Positions 1 through 11,686 of a stretch of DNA of 64,000 nucleotides are shown here, in pieces. The first letter of the stretch is position 1, and each line of letters begins with the position of its first letter. Made by a program: the position numbers and the translations under genes. The notes under the pieces are model-generated. The model saw only the letters and a list, made by a program, of their open reading frames with translations, ran no database searches and had not been told where the DNA came from. This DNA comes from Eledone cirrhosa (lineage: Eukaryota): NCBI GenBank assembly GCA_964016885.1, contig OZ024741.1, forward strand, positions 358,856,001-358,920,000, in the 5' to 3' direction.

Positions 1-80
1 TAATCACAATTTGATAGTCAACTTTTCTGTCATTCTCATTCTCTCCTGCCTCACCTCACTGTCTCTCTCATTCACTTTCA

Positions 81-408
81 TCAGTGTATTTCATCAAATC
101 ATGCCACCCAACCCTCTTCCTGTTGAGGAACTACTTTGCCATGCCAAAGCTCCTCTATACCCTCAGTGTATTTCATCAAATCATGCCACCCAACCCTCTT
201 CCTGTTGAGGAACTACTTTGCCATGCCAAAGCTCCTCTATACCCTCAGTGTATTTCATCAAATCATGCCACCCAACCCTCTTCCTGTTGAGGAACTACTT
301 TGCCATACCAAAGCTACTCTATATCCTCAGTGTATTTCATCAAATCATGCCACCCAGCCCTCTTCCTGTTGAGGAACTACTTTGCTATGCCAAAGCTCCT
401 CTATACCC
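81..408 (+). repeat. 82-bp tandem repeat x4 made of CRE reverse-transcriptase coding sequence
   Basis: Unit tcagtgtatttcatcaaatcatgccacccaaccctcttcctgttgaggaactactttgccatgccaaagctcctctataccc starts at 81, 163, 245 and 327. It encodes LFLLRNYFAMPKLLYTL, and the last unit runs on into the CRE element. Confidence 0.95.
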
Positions 409-1480
409 TTCGCAGCACTCCTGTGCTACAGCCACGCATCTCTCCTCACTGACCTTGACACCTGTATCCAAGCGGCAGCTGAAGAGATATGCAACGTCAA
501 CCTGACGACATTGGATGGAAACAGGCCACCTTATCTGTTAGATATGGTGGCCTTGGCCTTCAGACCCCGATCTCGCTGGCTTTGTCGGCGTTTCTTTTGT
601 CGGTAACCTCATGCCACAGCCTTGTCAGCAGGGTTCTCCAAAACACAATGGAACCCTCTGTGATCGAGGAACATGAGGCCTCCTGCGAGACATGGCACCA
701 GCTGGAACTTAGCCCAGTAGTGTCCCTCCTCCTTCTCCCTCTGCTGACGTCAAGTCCCCCCAAAGCATTTGGGATGCCATCCAGTGCACCGCCTTGCCTG
801 TTTCGCATGGCCTCCAAACCCCACAGTGGTGCCTGGCTCCATGCCTTACCCTCCTTCTCCACTGGCATGCAGCTGGACAACAATAGCCTGCGCATCAGCA
901 TTTCCCTGAGGCTTGGCCTCCGGATCTGCAAGCCACGCAGATGTCGCTGAGGATCCACCATGGACTCTTTCAGTCTCCACCCGCTTTCCTGTCGCTACAG
1001 TGCTGGCCGTCTTCCACGCCATGCTGCCCTCAACAAGGTCATAAAGCATGGCTTGGATGCTGCAGGCTTCCCCTCCTAGCTCGAGCCGGTGGGGCTGGAA
1101 CGCGGGGACGGCAAAAGGCCAGACGGTATGACCATCTTCCCATTCCATGGTGGCAAACCCCTCGTCAGAGATGCCACTTGCAGTGACACTTTCTCCAGCC
1201 GCAACCTGGTGCAGTCTGCGATTAACCCAGGTTCTGCTGCACTTCAAGCTGAGGAGGCCAAACTCTCCAAGCACTGGTCGCTCTCCGACAGGTTTACAGT
1301 CATGCCCTTGGCAGTGGAGACTTCTGGTGTCCTTAGCCCTAGAGCTACCTCCCTACACACCACCATAGGCACTGAGCTGGCCAGCCGCAGGTATGAGTCT
1401 CGCGAGATGGAATGGCTCTTCCAGCGCATCTCCCTTACCATCTTCCAGGGAAATGCCTTCTCCATTCTGTCCGCTGGGGC
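327..1480 (+). mobile_element. CRE-clade non-LTR retrotransposon with restriction-like endonuclease; 5'-truncated and frameshifted
   Basis: Motifs WKQATLSVRYGGLGL, SGAWLHALPS, LRLGLRIC (zinc-knuckle region), EPVGLERGDGKRPDG..P..GK..RDAT, PLAVETSG and WLFQRISLTIFQGNA are split across ORFs 489..950 and 1089..1559. Confidence 0.9.
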
Positions 1481-1808
1481 TGTGGGGCAGCCAGCACGTG
1501 GGACCCCATTTGCTCACTATACAGAGAGATGGGGAGGGCGAGAGAGATGGAGGCAATGACGGTGGGAGTTCGGCTCTTCCATGTTCGAACACATTGCACT
1601 TGTCAAGAGAGTATTTGAATTATTTATGCATCTGATTTATTTTAACGTTTACCCTGCATCACTAGCATTTATATTTCCTAGTTTTGTGTAGTTCAAACTC
1701 TCTTTTAATCAGACCTTTATTTATTTGCTTTCCCCACCCAAACACACATGTACACTCCCTCTCAATGTTATTTCAGTTCATCTTTAATTCTCTCAGTTCA
1801 TCTTTAAT

Positions 1809-2410
1809 TCTGACCTAACTTGTATCACAATGGGACAACTTGTCTAACCCATGTTAGCATGGAAAAATGGATGTTAAACGATGATGATGATGATGATGGT
1901 GATATATACATATATATTTATATATATGTATATATATATATAACACAGTAAAGAGAGATGAACACAGATATATATGCGATATATATGCGTTCAAATCACA
2001 AGGGACAGAAACCACCAGAGTGAAGAAAATACTGACTAAAGATAGTACGGTTCACAGAACTCAATTAAAAGAATAAATCAAGATATACAAATCTACTATG
2101 ATAACTATGTTGATAGTTGTCATAGTAGGTTGTTCGTATATCTTGATTTATTCTTTTAATTGAGTTCTGTGAACCGTACTATCTTTAGTCAGTATTTTCT
2201 TCACTCTGGTGGTTTCTGTCCCTTGTGATTTGAACGCATATATATATATATCTGTGTTCATCTCTCTTTACTGTGTTATATATATATATACATATATATA
2301 AATATATATGTATATATCACCATCATCATCATCATCATCGTTTAACATCCATTTTTCCATGCTAACATGGGTTAGACAAGTTGTCCCATTGTGAGACAGG
2401 TTAGGTCAGA
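1809..2410. repeat. ~600-bp near-perfect fold-back palindrome centred near 2109
   Basis: tctgacctaac...gatgatgatg...aaatcaagatatac on the left is mirrored by gtatatcttgattt...catcatcatc...gttaggtcaga on the right, with few mismatches. Confidence 0.95.
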
Positions 2411-2824
2411 TGACTGTGTCTTACTCACACAGAACTGTTTCTGGCTTGGATTCTATGGCTGGATGCCCTTCCTAGCGTCATGTATTAGTGACAGATGTGA
2501 GAAAAAGTACTCAATACTGAAGTAGATTTAAAATAGTAATTTAATACGGCTATCAGGTGAGCCTCATTACTCTAGATGACTAGACAGATAAATATTTAAT
2601 TAGAGGCATTCCAAATTATATATATATATATACAAAAAATATAGATATTTAGCAAATAAACAGAATAATCTCTTTAGTCCTGTTGGCGACATAACAACCC
2701 CTTTAGTGTTGGTGCATATATATATATATATGTATTCGTCTCTCTTTACTGTGTTTTAAGGGTCAGAAATTTTTTTTCCTTGAGCTAATTTGATTATAAG
2801 GGACTATTGTGAGTTTTCAACTCA

Positions 2825-2883
<59 letters not shown>

Positions 2884-2884
2884 C

Positions 2885-2924
<40 letters not shown>

Positions 2925-3074
2925 GTGGGTCTGTACATTTTAATTTTCCTTTTTAATTATTATGTATTTACCACACTTTTTGTAGATTTTATGTTCTTCT
3001 CTCTAGTGGTTCTCTACCCCTCATAATTGAAAACATACCCTTTTTGTGTTTTGTGTTTTCTTCTCTATATACTG

Positions 3075-3114
<40 letters not shown>

Positions 3115-3175
3115 CGTTAATTTTCATAAGGAAAGTATATACTTTCGAACGTTCAACTATCTGGCAGATGGGTAT

Positions 3176-3218
3176 ACGGTGCTGATGATAGCTAACAAGC
3201 TTGAAACTAGTACATCGT
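3176..3218 (+). ncRNA. Minimal type I hammerhead ribozyme motif, Penelope-type
   Basis: acggtg-CTGATGA-t-agct-aaca-agct-t-GAAA-ctag-TA-catcgt. Stem I has 6 bp, stem II 4 bp, stem III is the palindrome CTAG, and the cleavage triplet is GUA. Confidence 0.8.
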
Positions 3219-3366
3219 TCCTGTGTCAGTGTTGAACAAAAAGGTGACGTGGTTGCCTTAACACCGTACGGCATAACATTCAGGCTGTTCAGTTTGTTTA
3301 CAAACGAACAAAGCGGCGTTATAATAAGCGTCCGCTAAACTGATACGTGCATATATGTATGTGTAC

Positions 3367-3431
<65 letters not shown>

Positions 3432-3543
3432 TGCTACTGTACGTCTGTATACATATATGTATGTACGTATACACACATACTTACATTTAAGTAAGTGCCG
3501 TACTAAGAGTGAGAAATGAAATTTCGTTTTCATTTTATTTCAA

Positions 3544-3591
<48 letters not shown>

Positions 3592-4180
3592 GTTTATATA
3601 TATATATACACACAGCTAGATGCATTCATAAATGATATGCAGCCCAAGGCCCATTTGTGAAAACTGGTTCCAATTGAGTGCTGACTTGGTCTGTGATGTA
3701 AAATTATGATGATAATGATACACACACACGCACGCGCGTGCGTGTGTGTGTGTCAAACTATTCATATATGAATGTTTTTTGTTAATTTTTAATTATTTGA
3801 ATTCATTCTTTAAAACAAGAGCTAAGAAAAATAAAGCATTGATATTTAGATAGCAGCAACAGTTAAAAGCTTATGTTCCATTTACAGATTGAATATTCAG
3901 AAAATTGTTAGATTGCAGAGGTTCCTATGTTTGTAGTTGACAGTACTATGTTGTATATGTGTTTCTCTTCTTGATTAGGAAAGGCAGAGAGAAAAGCTCT
4001 ATGTGTTGGCAGAAGACTGCCACAGAAATGGACGGATGACCAAATGCATGCCATTGGAGGTTTGGCACATGAGGGTTTTCAAGTCATTCCCTTAGTAATG
4101 CCTACAGAGCTCTGAGTATTGTGGGAGTGGACATGAGGAGAAATAAAGCAAAAAAAGCCCATTGCCGTAACACATGAAGG

Positions 4181-4517
4181 CAGTTCCAGATTTTGGACAA
4201 ATGAGGCCCTGCACTATAAAGTTATGAGACCCTGCGCTAGTTAAGTTATGAGGCCCTGTGCTAGTTAAGTTATGAGGCCCTGTGCTAGTTAAGTTATGAG
4301 GCCCTGCGCTAGTTAAGTTATGAGGCCCTGTGCTAGTTAAGTTATGAGGCCCTGTGCTAGTTAAGTTATGAGGCCCTGTGCTAGTTAAGTTATGAGGCCC
4401 CAAGTATTTAAAAAATTTATTGTAAAACAATTTTGGGGGGCAGATAGTAACCCCACCGCCTGGCTAATGGGACCCTGTGCTTAAGCTCACCTAAGCACAA
4501 GGGTAAATCCGGCACTG
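4181..4517. mobile_element. hAT-type MITE with an internal 24-bp minisatellite (about 8 copies)
   Basis: TIRs cagttccagattt / aaatccggcactg; 8-bp TSD catgaagg (4173-4180) / catgacgg (4518-4525); unit gtgctagttaagttatgaggccct over about 4200-4400. Confidence 0.85.
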
Positions 4518-6264
4518 CATGACGGACCAGGTACATGTCAGTGGAGGTTGACTGTGGGAATCAGGGGAGCAACAGAGAGTTTCTAAATGGCTATGGCTGA
4601 AGAGAGGTGACTGGTGGGGACAGTAGAATGCCACTAGATCAACGGTCAAGTGGTCAGGTCAACTGGATGAGAGTGTATATTATACGATTCGAAACACAAA
4701 GTGACTCCAGGATACAACACTAAAAATAATTATGAGGAAAAAAAACATATCTTCATATTTATTGTTTACTAATCTGAATAAGAACAGCAGTAACCCGGGC
4801 AACGATGTATATATGTAACAGTATATATCTATGTGTTAAAGATGGAAAGTGAACCTTTATCGTACTGTTTTCTGTTATGTAATTACACTCGATTCTTATC
4901 TAGACTTCATGTCATTTGATTTTGTTAGTTACCATCAGCTGAGGATATATCATTTAAAATATAACCATTAATTCAGAATAAATGAACGATATTACTTTTT
5001 TACCTCTATGATAAATCAAAGAAACTATTTTATTTTCACTGTAAATAATATAAAAGCATCGATTTTTATTTTTTGAAATATCTTGTACATTATATAATAT
5101 ATATGTATATTTTTAAAGCTAAATCGTTACGCGTTTATTCGTCGTCGTGAGATATTTATAACTCAAACGACTTCTGTTAGCTTTTATTCAGTTGCAACGT
5201 TACAAATTGTTCATAATTCTTTCAGAGCGAAAATATAAACACAGTTATAAACACATATAATAAATACAATTAGCTACTGCTAAGAACTTCATAAATATAA
5301 CGCACCAAAATATATGACCAGAGCGAGAGAAAGAAGAGAAAAAAAAGAGAAACAAAAACGATCATGAATTAACCACCGAGTGCACACATCACAAGGCTCA
5401 ACTGAAATTCACAAAGGAAACAATTTTTTAGTGGGAATCACTAATATTCACTGTTCTAATATCTAATTGAGTGCCCACGTCTTCTGTCGTTCTTTTTCTT
5501 TTTCTAATTTTTATTGATTTGCTTCTTTTGTAAATCATGCTATTTATTATTATATAGATCGTGTTTATAAGTACATATTTCTAAAATTAAACAAATATAT
5601 ATGTACCGAAAAATACATATTACAAAATGAGAATTCCATCACATGAAGAGATTAACGATAAAGAAAAACAATAAGGCAGAATTTGTATACTTACAAGAGG
5701 GAGGAGAAAACATTTAAAATAATCAATCATGTGAGAAAGACACAGTTGATAGTATTATCAAGTCTGTCCCGATTAACTGACTTACATTGTTGGTTAACAA
5801 GTACTCTCAGCGGAAGTTTACGAAGGGGTTATTGTGAGCATGTGCACGGTATCAAAATTTGTTTACTTGTCTCGACTGAACACTGGATCTAGGTAATGCG
5901 TACTTAGCAGTAATGTTAACACAACGGGATTCGGAATAATAGTGCATCTGAACCCATATATATTAGTTTTATGTATAATAAAAATATAGCCGATCCGATA
6001 TACGGAATGTTTTGATTATACATAACTTTTTATAGATATATTTCACATATGTATACAGTAAAACAAAAACAAAAAACAAAAGGGGCGGAATTATAACAGA
6101 AGAAAAAAGAGTAAGGGAAAGATCCGAACAGTAACTCACAGTTAGTGGTTCTTTTGCTTCTTCCCACATTCTGGATGCTGCGGTTAGGACGAAAGTTACA
6201 GCTTCCGCAGAGCCGAATGGAACAAAATAATGAAATACCGTGATCTGTCGGTTAACTATATTTC

Positions 6265-6740
6265 CCAGCCTGTGGTGTTCGAGACGTTTGGGGGGAGTCG
6301 GGCTACTGACAGCGAGGCTCTTGTCTTCACTGGCGGGTCGCCTAACCGAAGTAACTGGTGATGCTCGTGAAGGCGCTTGGCTGTTCCAGCGCATCAGCCT
6401 CGCCATCACTCGAGGTAACGCTACGAGTGTGCTGGCTTGCCTAAAAAATTATTACAGAGGTTTTCCAGTGTTCCTCGCGATATTGTTATCTTTTGCTCTG
6501 GCAGTGGCTCGTCTGTTCACCCCTTTCGCTTGTCTTTTGTTGTATGTGTTCCCAGATGTGTGCATTACCTGTTTATTTGCTTATTTTTTCCTTTCCCCTT
6601 TCTTTTTTTTTTTTCTCTTTTTATTTATGATGACGGCTATGCTGACAAATAATTTTTTTTTTCTGAAAGAATTGTGAACCATTTGTAATGTTATTTTTAC
6701 AACTATAAATAAAAAATGTTTAAAGTAAAAAAAAAAAAAT
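6265..6740 (+). mobile_element. CRE element 3'-end fragment (ORF end plus 3' UTR)
   Basis: GAWLFQRISLAITRGNATSVLACLK matches the C-terminus of the 16.3-kb CRE. The UTR motif ttctgaaagaattgtga..tttgtaatgttattt and an A-rich tail follow. Confidence 0.8.
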
Positions 6741-6946
6741 AATAATAATGTTTACTTTCGTTACGATATTTCCAATAAGCATAAACTTCCTATGGTTTTC
6801 AAGTTCTTATCGAAACAGTAAAGCAGTAATTAATTGTATTTATTATATGTATATATTTGTGTTAATGTTTATGTGATGAATTGATGGGTTTTTTTTTCCT
6901 TTTCTTTCTCTCTCGCTTTGGACATATATTTTTGCGCATTATATTT

Positions 6947-7052
6947 GTGGCAGCCGAGGTTGACTTTGCCTTTCATCCTTACGGGGTCGATAAAATAAAG
7001 TACCAGTAATGCACTGGGTAATTGCTGGCCTTGTGCCTAAAGTAGAAACAAT
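6947..7052 (+). mobile_element. SINE family A fragment
   Basis: gttgactttgcctttcatccttacggggtcgataaaataaagtaccagt...ggccttgtgcctaaagtagaaacaat recurs more than 10 times in the window. Confidence 0.85.
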
Positions 7053-7174
7053 TATATTTGTGAGATTCATAGCAAAAATTAATTGTATTTTTTTAAAGCT
7101 TGTAAACATTTTATTGACAGTTGTATAAATAATTTCACAAACTGTCCACAATTCTTTCAGAATGGAAATATGAA

Positions 7175-7638
7175 CATCATCATCACTGTTTTACGTCAAT
7201 GTTTCCACGCTAGTATGGGTTAGACAGGTTGTCCTGTTGTGAGCAATGCCAGGTCAGGTAACTATGTCTTGCTCATACAGAACTGATTTGGGTTTGATTT
7301 CTACGGCTGGATGCCCTTCCTAACACCAACCTCATTTACAGTGAGTACTGGGTGCTTTTTTACCGTGGTGCCTACACGACCACTTTACAGTGTGGACTGG
7401 GTACTTTTTGTCGTGACACCTACACAACAACTTTATATTGGGAGGGGTGTGGGGACATGTCTATATGCTTCAGCTTCGGCTTGTACCTGTGGGAACTCGG
7501 GTCTTCTGTATTACTGCGTAACGCCAGAGGCCTCGATTCTGTGTCATCGCCTTTGAGAGGTGCAATTGGGCAAGGTCAGTTTTTATCACTTCATTCCAGG
7601 TCTTCTTGGGTCCCCCAGTTCCAAGGCTTCCATCGACT
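7175..7638 (-). mobile_element. RTE LINE 3' fragment (ORF end, 3' UTR, (GAT)n tail)
   Basis: KVDGSLGTGGPKKTWNEVIKTDL... is homologous to the end of the 60.9-63.1 kb RTE, and the 3' UTR is shared. Confidence 0.9.
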
Positions 7639-10440
7639 TTTAGTAGTCTGGGTGAGCCAGTAGAAATATCGCAGAGAATTTTCTCTTCAGAAGATGGAAG
7701 AGGTAAATATTCCAATTTGCAGCAGGAGAACTGGTCAGATGAAATGTCCAACGAATCCAAAGTAGGTTGGTCAGTTGCCATGGCAACCAAATCGATATGT
7801 GCAGGAGACGCAAGAGGACACACAGAAAGTCGAGACAGTGCATCGGCGGGTATGTTGGCAGCTCCGGCTATATGACGAATGTCACTGGTGTACTGGGAGA
7901 TGAGATCCAAATGCTTATATGCCCTCGGAGAGTACCTGTCGGACTTGGATTGGAGAGTGAATGTTAGCGGTTTATGGTCCGTGAATATCGTGAACTCCCG
8001 CCCATCCAAAAAATGGTGGAAGTGCTTCACGGCAAGATAGACCGCCAAAAATTCTCTGTCAAAGGTGCTGTATCTGTTCCGCTGGTTTAAGTTGGCATGA
8101 GAAAAATGCCAGTGGTTGAAACTGGTGGTTGATCGTATGTTGCAAAACTGCTCCAACAGCATGATCGGACGCACCAACAGTTAAAGAAAGCCTCGCGTTT
8201 GCAACAGGATGGGCGAGGAAAGAAACTTCAGCTATTTCGGACCTGACGGATTCAAACGATGCAATGGGTGCATCTTTCTTTTTCGCATCCTTTAAAAGCT
8301 GTGTCAAGAGGAATAACTTTTCAGCACAGTTGGGAATAAAACGACGATAAAGATTAATTAATCCCAAGAAATGACGTAACTGTCTCAGTGAGGTGGAGGG
8401 TGCGATACGCTGAATCGCTTCCACCTTAGATGGCAAAGGTCGAATGCCTTCCGAATCTATAAGATGTCCAATGAATTCCAGTGAAGCTGTACCAAACACA
8501 CATTTAGCTGGGTTGATTCTGACTTGGTACGATTGAAGACGTTGAAATAACTGAGATAGATGTTGCTGATGATGTTCAGCTGTGTCACTGGCTATCAGGA
8601 GGTCATCCACGTAAGCACACACGAAGTCCAATCCACGCGTGACTTCATCGATAAAACGCTGGAACGTGCTAGAGGCATTCCGCAAACTAAAAGGCATGGA
8701 CAGAAATCCAAACGAACCAAAGGGGATGGTCACAGCTGTTTTTGGTATGTCTTCTGGATTCATGGGTATTTGATGGTAAGCTCGTACCAGATCTATTTTA
8801 GAAAATATCTTGCATCCATGCAGAACGAATGAAAAATCCTGTAAATTTGGTAAAGGATAACGATCAGGTGCAGTGATGGCATTAAGTTTTCGATAATCTC
8901 CCACCGGCCTAAAATTCACTTCACCCTTTCGAGCCAAGTGAAGCGGAGATGCCCATGGGCTGGTGGAAGGTCGAATAAGACCGAGCTGAATCATATGCTC
9001 AAACTCATCTCTGGCTTTCTTTAGTCTATCCGGAGCCAACCTTCGTGGACGAGAGAAAACAGGCGGGCCAGTTGTTGTAATAAAGTGTCGAGTCGAGTGG
9101 ACTACCTCATTAAGTTTAAATGATGTCCGTTAACTCGGGAAACGAGGAAAGAAGTGAATGAAACTGGTTTCCAGAGGCAGCTATAAAAAATGAGGGACTG
9201 ACAACAGCAGAAGTAGACCTACGAGCAGGCGTAGATAAAGATGTTTCTTCTCCTGACATCTACCAAAAGTGAATAATGGTGTAAAAAATCGGCACTGAGA
9301 ATAGGATGAGGTAGGTCCGCAATGACGAAAATCCATTTAAAATCTCGACGCAAAGCTAAGTCCAACGATAAAGATATTTGACCATAGGTTTTGATCGGAG
9401 ACTGGTTCACTGCATATAAAGAAATGCCGGAAAAATTTGGCTTGGTAGAGCTGAACCGTAAAGGCCAAATACTGCAACTCGACCCTGTGTCCATCATAAA
9501 TGACCTGTTTGAGACTGGGTCTCTGATGAAGAAAGCACGATAAGGTGAATTATTGAGGGAGAGGTCTGCCGTACTCAGACTCTCCAATTTTAGTGTCCCG
9601 AGGCCCCGAAAGAGCAGGGCTGAATACAACGTTTCGCCTTTTCACGAAAACGCACGTGATACCAACACAAAGACGAGTTGTTGGCGCGACGATGAAGAGA
9701 AGGAGACTGATTTCATGAACGCCACCTAGATGGCGTTCGATCCCGACACAGTTTAGCTACTTGACGAGTTAACTCGTCAATGGCTCTCAACATTGAGTCC
9801 TCTCGAGGTGAAGCAGGCTGGGTTTTAAAAGCAGAAGTGACGACTGAATCTGCCGAAGTCGGCTCTCGAGAAAATTCCATAATGCGGTCCGCCGAGGCCG
9901 CAATCTGTTCCAAAGAACTGGCGTCGGCCATATTTGCCAATATGGTCTGTACATTTGTTGGCAAACAGGAGAAGAATAGCTGTTTTACGAAGGAATTGTC
10001 TTCTGCTGTTGAGTTGCTCAGTTCCCGGATACGCCGTAAAAATTGAGACGGAGTTCTGTCACCCAGGTTTTCCTCTTCCAACAAGGAATGAAATTTACTC
10101 TCAGACGAGCGGCTGTTCCGTCTGAGCACTTCTGCCTTTAGGGTTTCGTAAGATGTGCCTTGTGGAGGATCTGTAATTATGTCTTTAACTGAGGTTGCCA
10201 ACGAAGCAGGAATTCCACTGATAAGCACGTGTAATCTCTGTTGTGCCGCTTGAACGCCGTGGGCAGCAAAATACGAGTCCAGTTGAGCAAACCACAATTT
10301 GACATCACTAGAAAATGCCGGTAACGAAGAATTGCTCATGATTAGTACTGTAGACTCTGAGCAAGAATTTCTTCGTCACTTTTTTTTTTTTTATCTACCG
10401 CACATGTGGTAGTACCATGAATAACTTCCTAGTAGTATTT

Positions 10441-10471
<31 letters not shown>

Positions 10472-10700
10472 AGGAGGAGGAGGAGGAGGAGATTACGAAG
10501 CAAGTGGTGAAGTGTTTGGTAAAAGAAAGTTGTTTATATTGGCAAAAGAAGCCATGTTCAGATCAGAAATCTGCGTGGTCCTCTTTTTTTTTTTAAATAC
10601 CACTTCGTATTATTTATTATTTATTTATTTTTTTAACGTCAGGCTACCAATTTAGTGAATTGGCCATATGGTTATCTACTCCAGTAAATACCACTACATG
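7639..10700 (-). mobile_element. Ty3/Gypsy LTR retrotransposon remnant: gag, protease, RT, RNase H; integrase and 3' LTR missing
   Basis: gag 9713-10339 (LWFAQLDSYF, LGDRTPSQFLRRIREL); knuckle CWYH..F..KA..C..PC near 9610-9670; protease DTGSSCS; [30 protein letters not shown]; RNase H REFLAVY..KHF..TDHKPL..N.PADALSR. Several frameshifts. Confidence 0.95.
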
Positions 10701-10857
10701 CCAACCACTAATTTAATTTGTTTAGAAGATGTAAAAGAAATGACGATGTAATAATTGAAACATGACGAATATTTCAGAAACGAGTATCAAGAACGACTTG
10801 TATTTATTGAAGTGTGCTTGTTACGATTTTGGTAGTAAAACGTACCTCGTGCCATGG

Positions 10858-11052
10858 TGTGGTGTAATCCTGATATACAAGATAGGATTAGAAAAACTTA
10901 ACATATCTGTGTTTGGTGTGGTCAGTTCTAGAGCCTGAGAGATTGCCCTTTGTTCTTTCTTTTATAATCTCTGGAACGGAAGTTCAAGCAATATTCTAGA
11001 AATTCTACGGGAAGTAACTCTAGTTACTTCCCTTTGTCTAGAGAGCACTACA
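10858..11052 (-). mobile_element. Probable solo LTR
   Basis: TG...CA ends with short inverted termini (tgtggtg / cactaca); 5-bp TSD-like flanks catgg / catgc; a TATAAAAG box on the minus strand. Confidence 0.6.
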
Positions 11053-11686
11053 CATGCGTACACGCTAGCTCGAAGTAGCTACCCAACAAATAAGGTCGTG
11101 ATAAATCCTGTCATAAATATTATTACTCGATGTTCAAAGTGAATATTGTTATAGTAAAATTTTCATTGTTAATACCACAATTCTGGCATTATTCTTTTTA
11201 TCAAACACCCACAAAAGAATACATTTATCTACTACACATCTGTCATCTTTCATACGCATCACATGTCCATACCAATGCAATCTCCTCTCCTGCACACATT
11301 TGATTCCTCTTATGCTTAGTCTCTATCTTAATTCGTTAATGCTTCGCGTATATTACTATACATACATATAAAACACATATAATAAATACAATTAACTATG
11401 AACCTCAAGACGAAAGAAAGAAAAAACAAGAGGGTGTTATATTTGTGTTTATATTTTCATTCTGTAAGAATTATAATTTGTAATGTTATTTATACAACTG
11501 TAAATAATAAAGTTTAATATTCAACATTTTCATTTTGTAAGAATTCTAAACAGTTTATAAAACCCATGCTCTTTCCAATACTTTATTCACAGTTGTACTA
11601 ATATAAATAACATTACAAATATGTATTAAACATATACTTAGATAACATTATAAATTGCTCGCAATTCGTTCAGAAAAACATTACAA

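Noticed and set aside
81-408. Possible CRISPR-like array (also 4200-4400 and 40398-40640)
   Set aside because: Head-to-tail repeats without unique spacers, no cas genes, and a eukaryotic context.
2530-2585. Minus-strand hammerhead (taatga-ggct..agcc-gtat)
   Set aside because: Both core boxes deviate and stem I is only 3 bp; too weak to call.
3720-3753. Perfect (CA)n-CGCG-(TG)n hairpin
   Set aside because: Juxtaposed complementary microsatellites; common and uninformative.
3979-4059. Possible plus-strand exon (ERQREKLYVLAEDCHRNGRMTKCMPLE)
   Set aside because: Weak donor (gtttgg), no recognisable homology and no partner exon.
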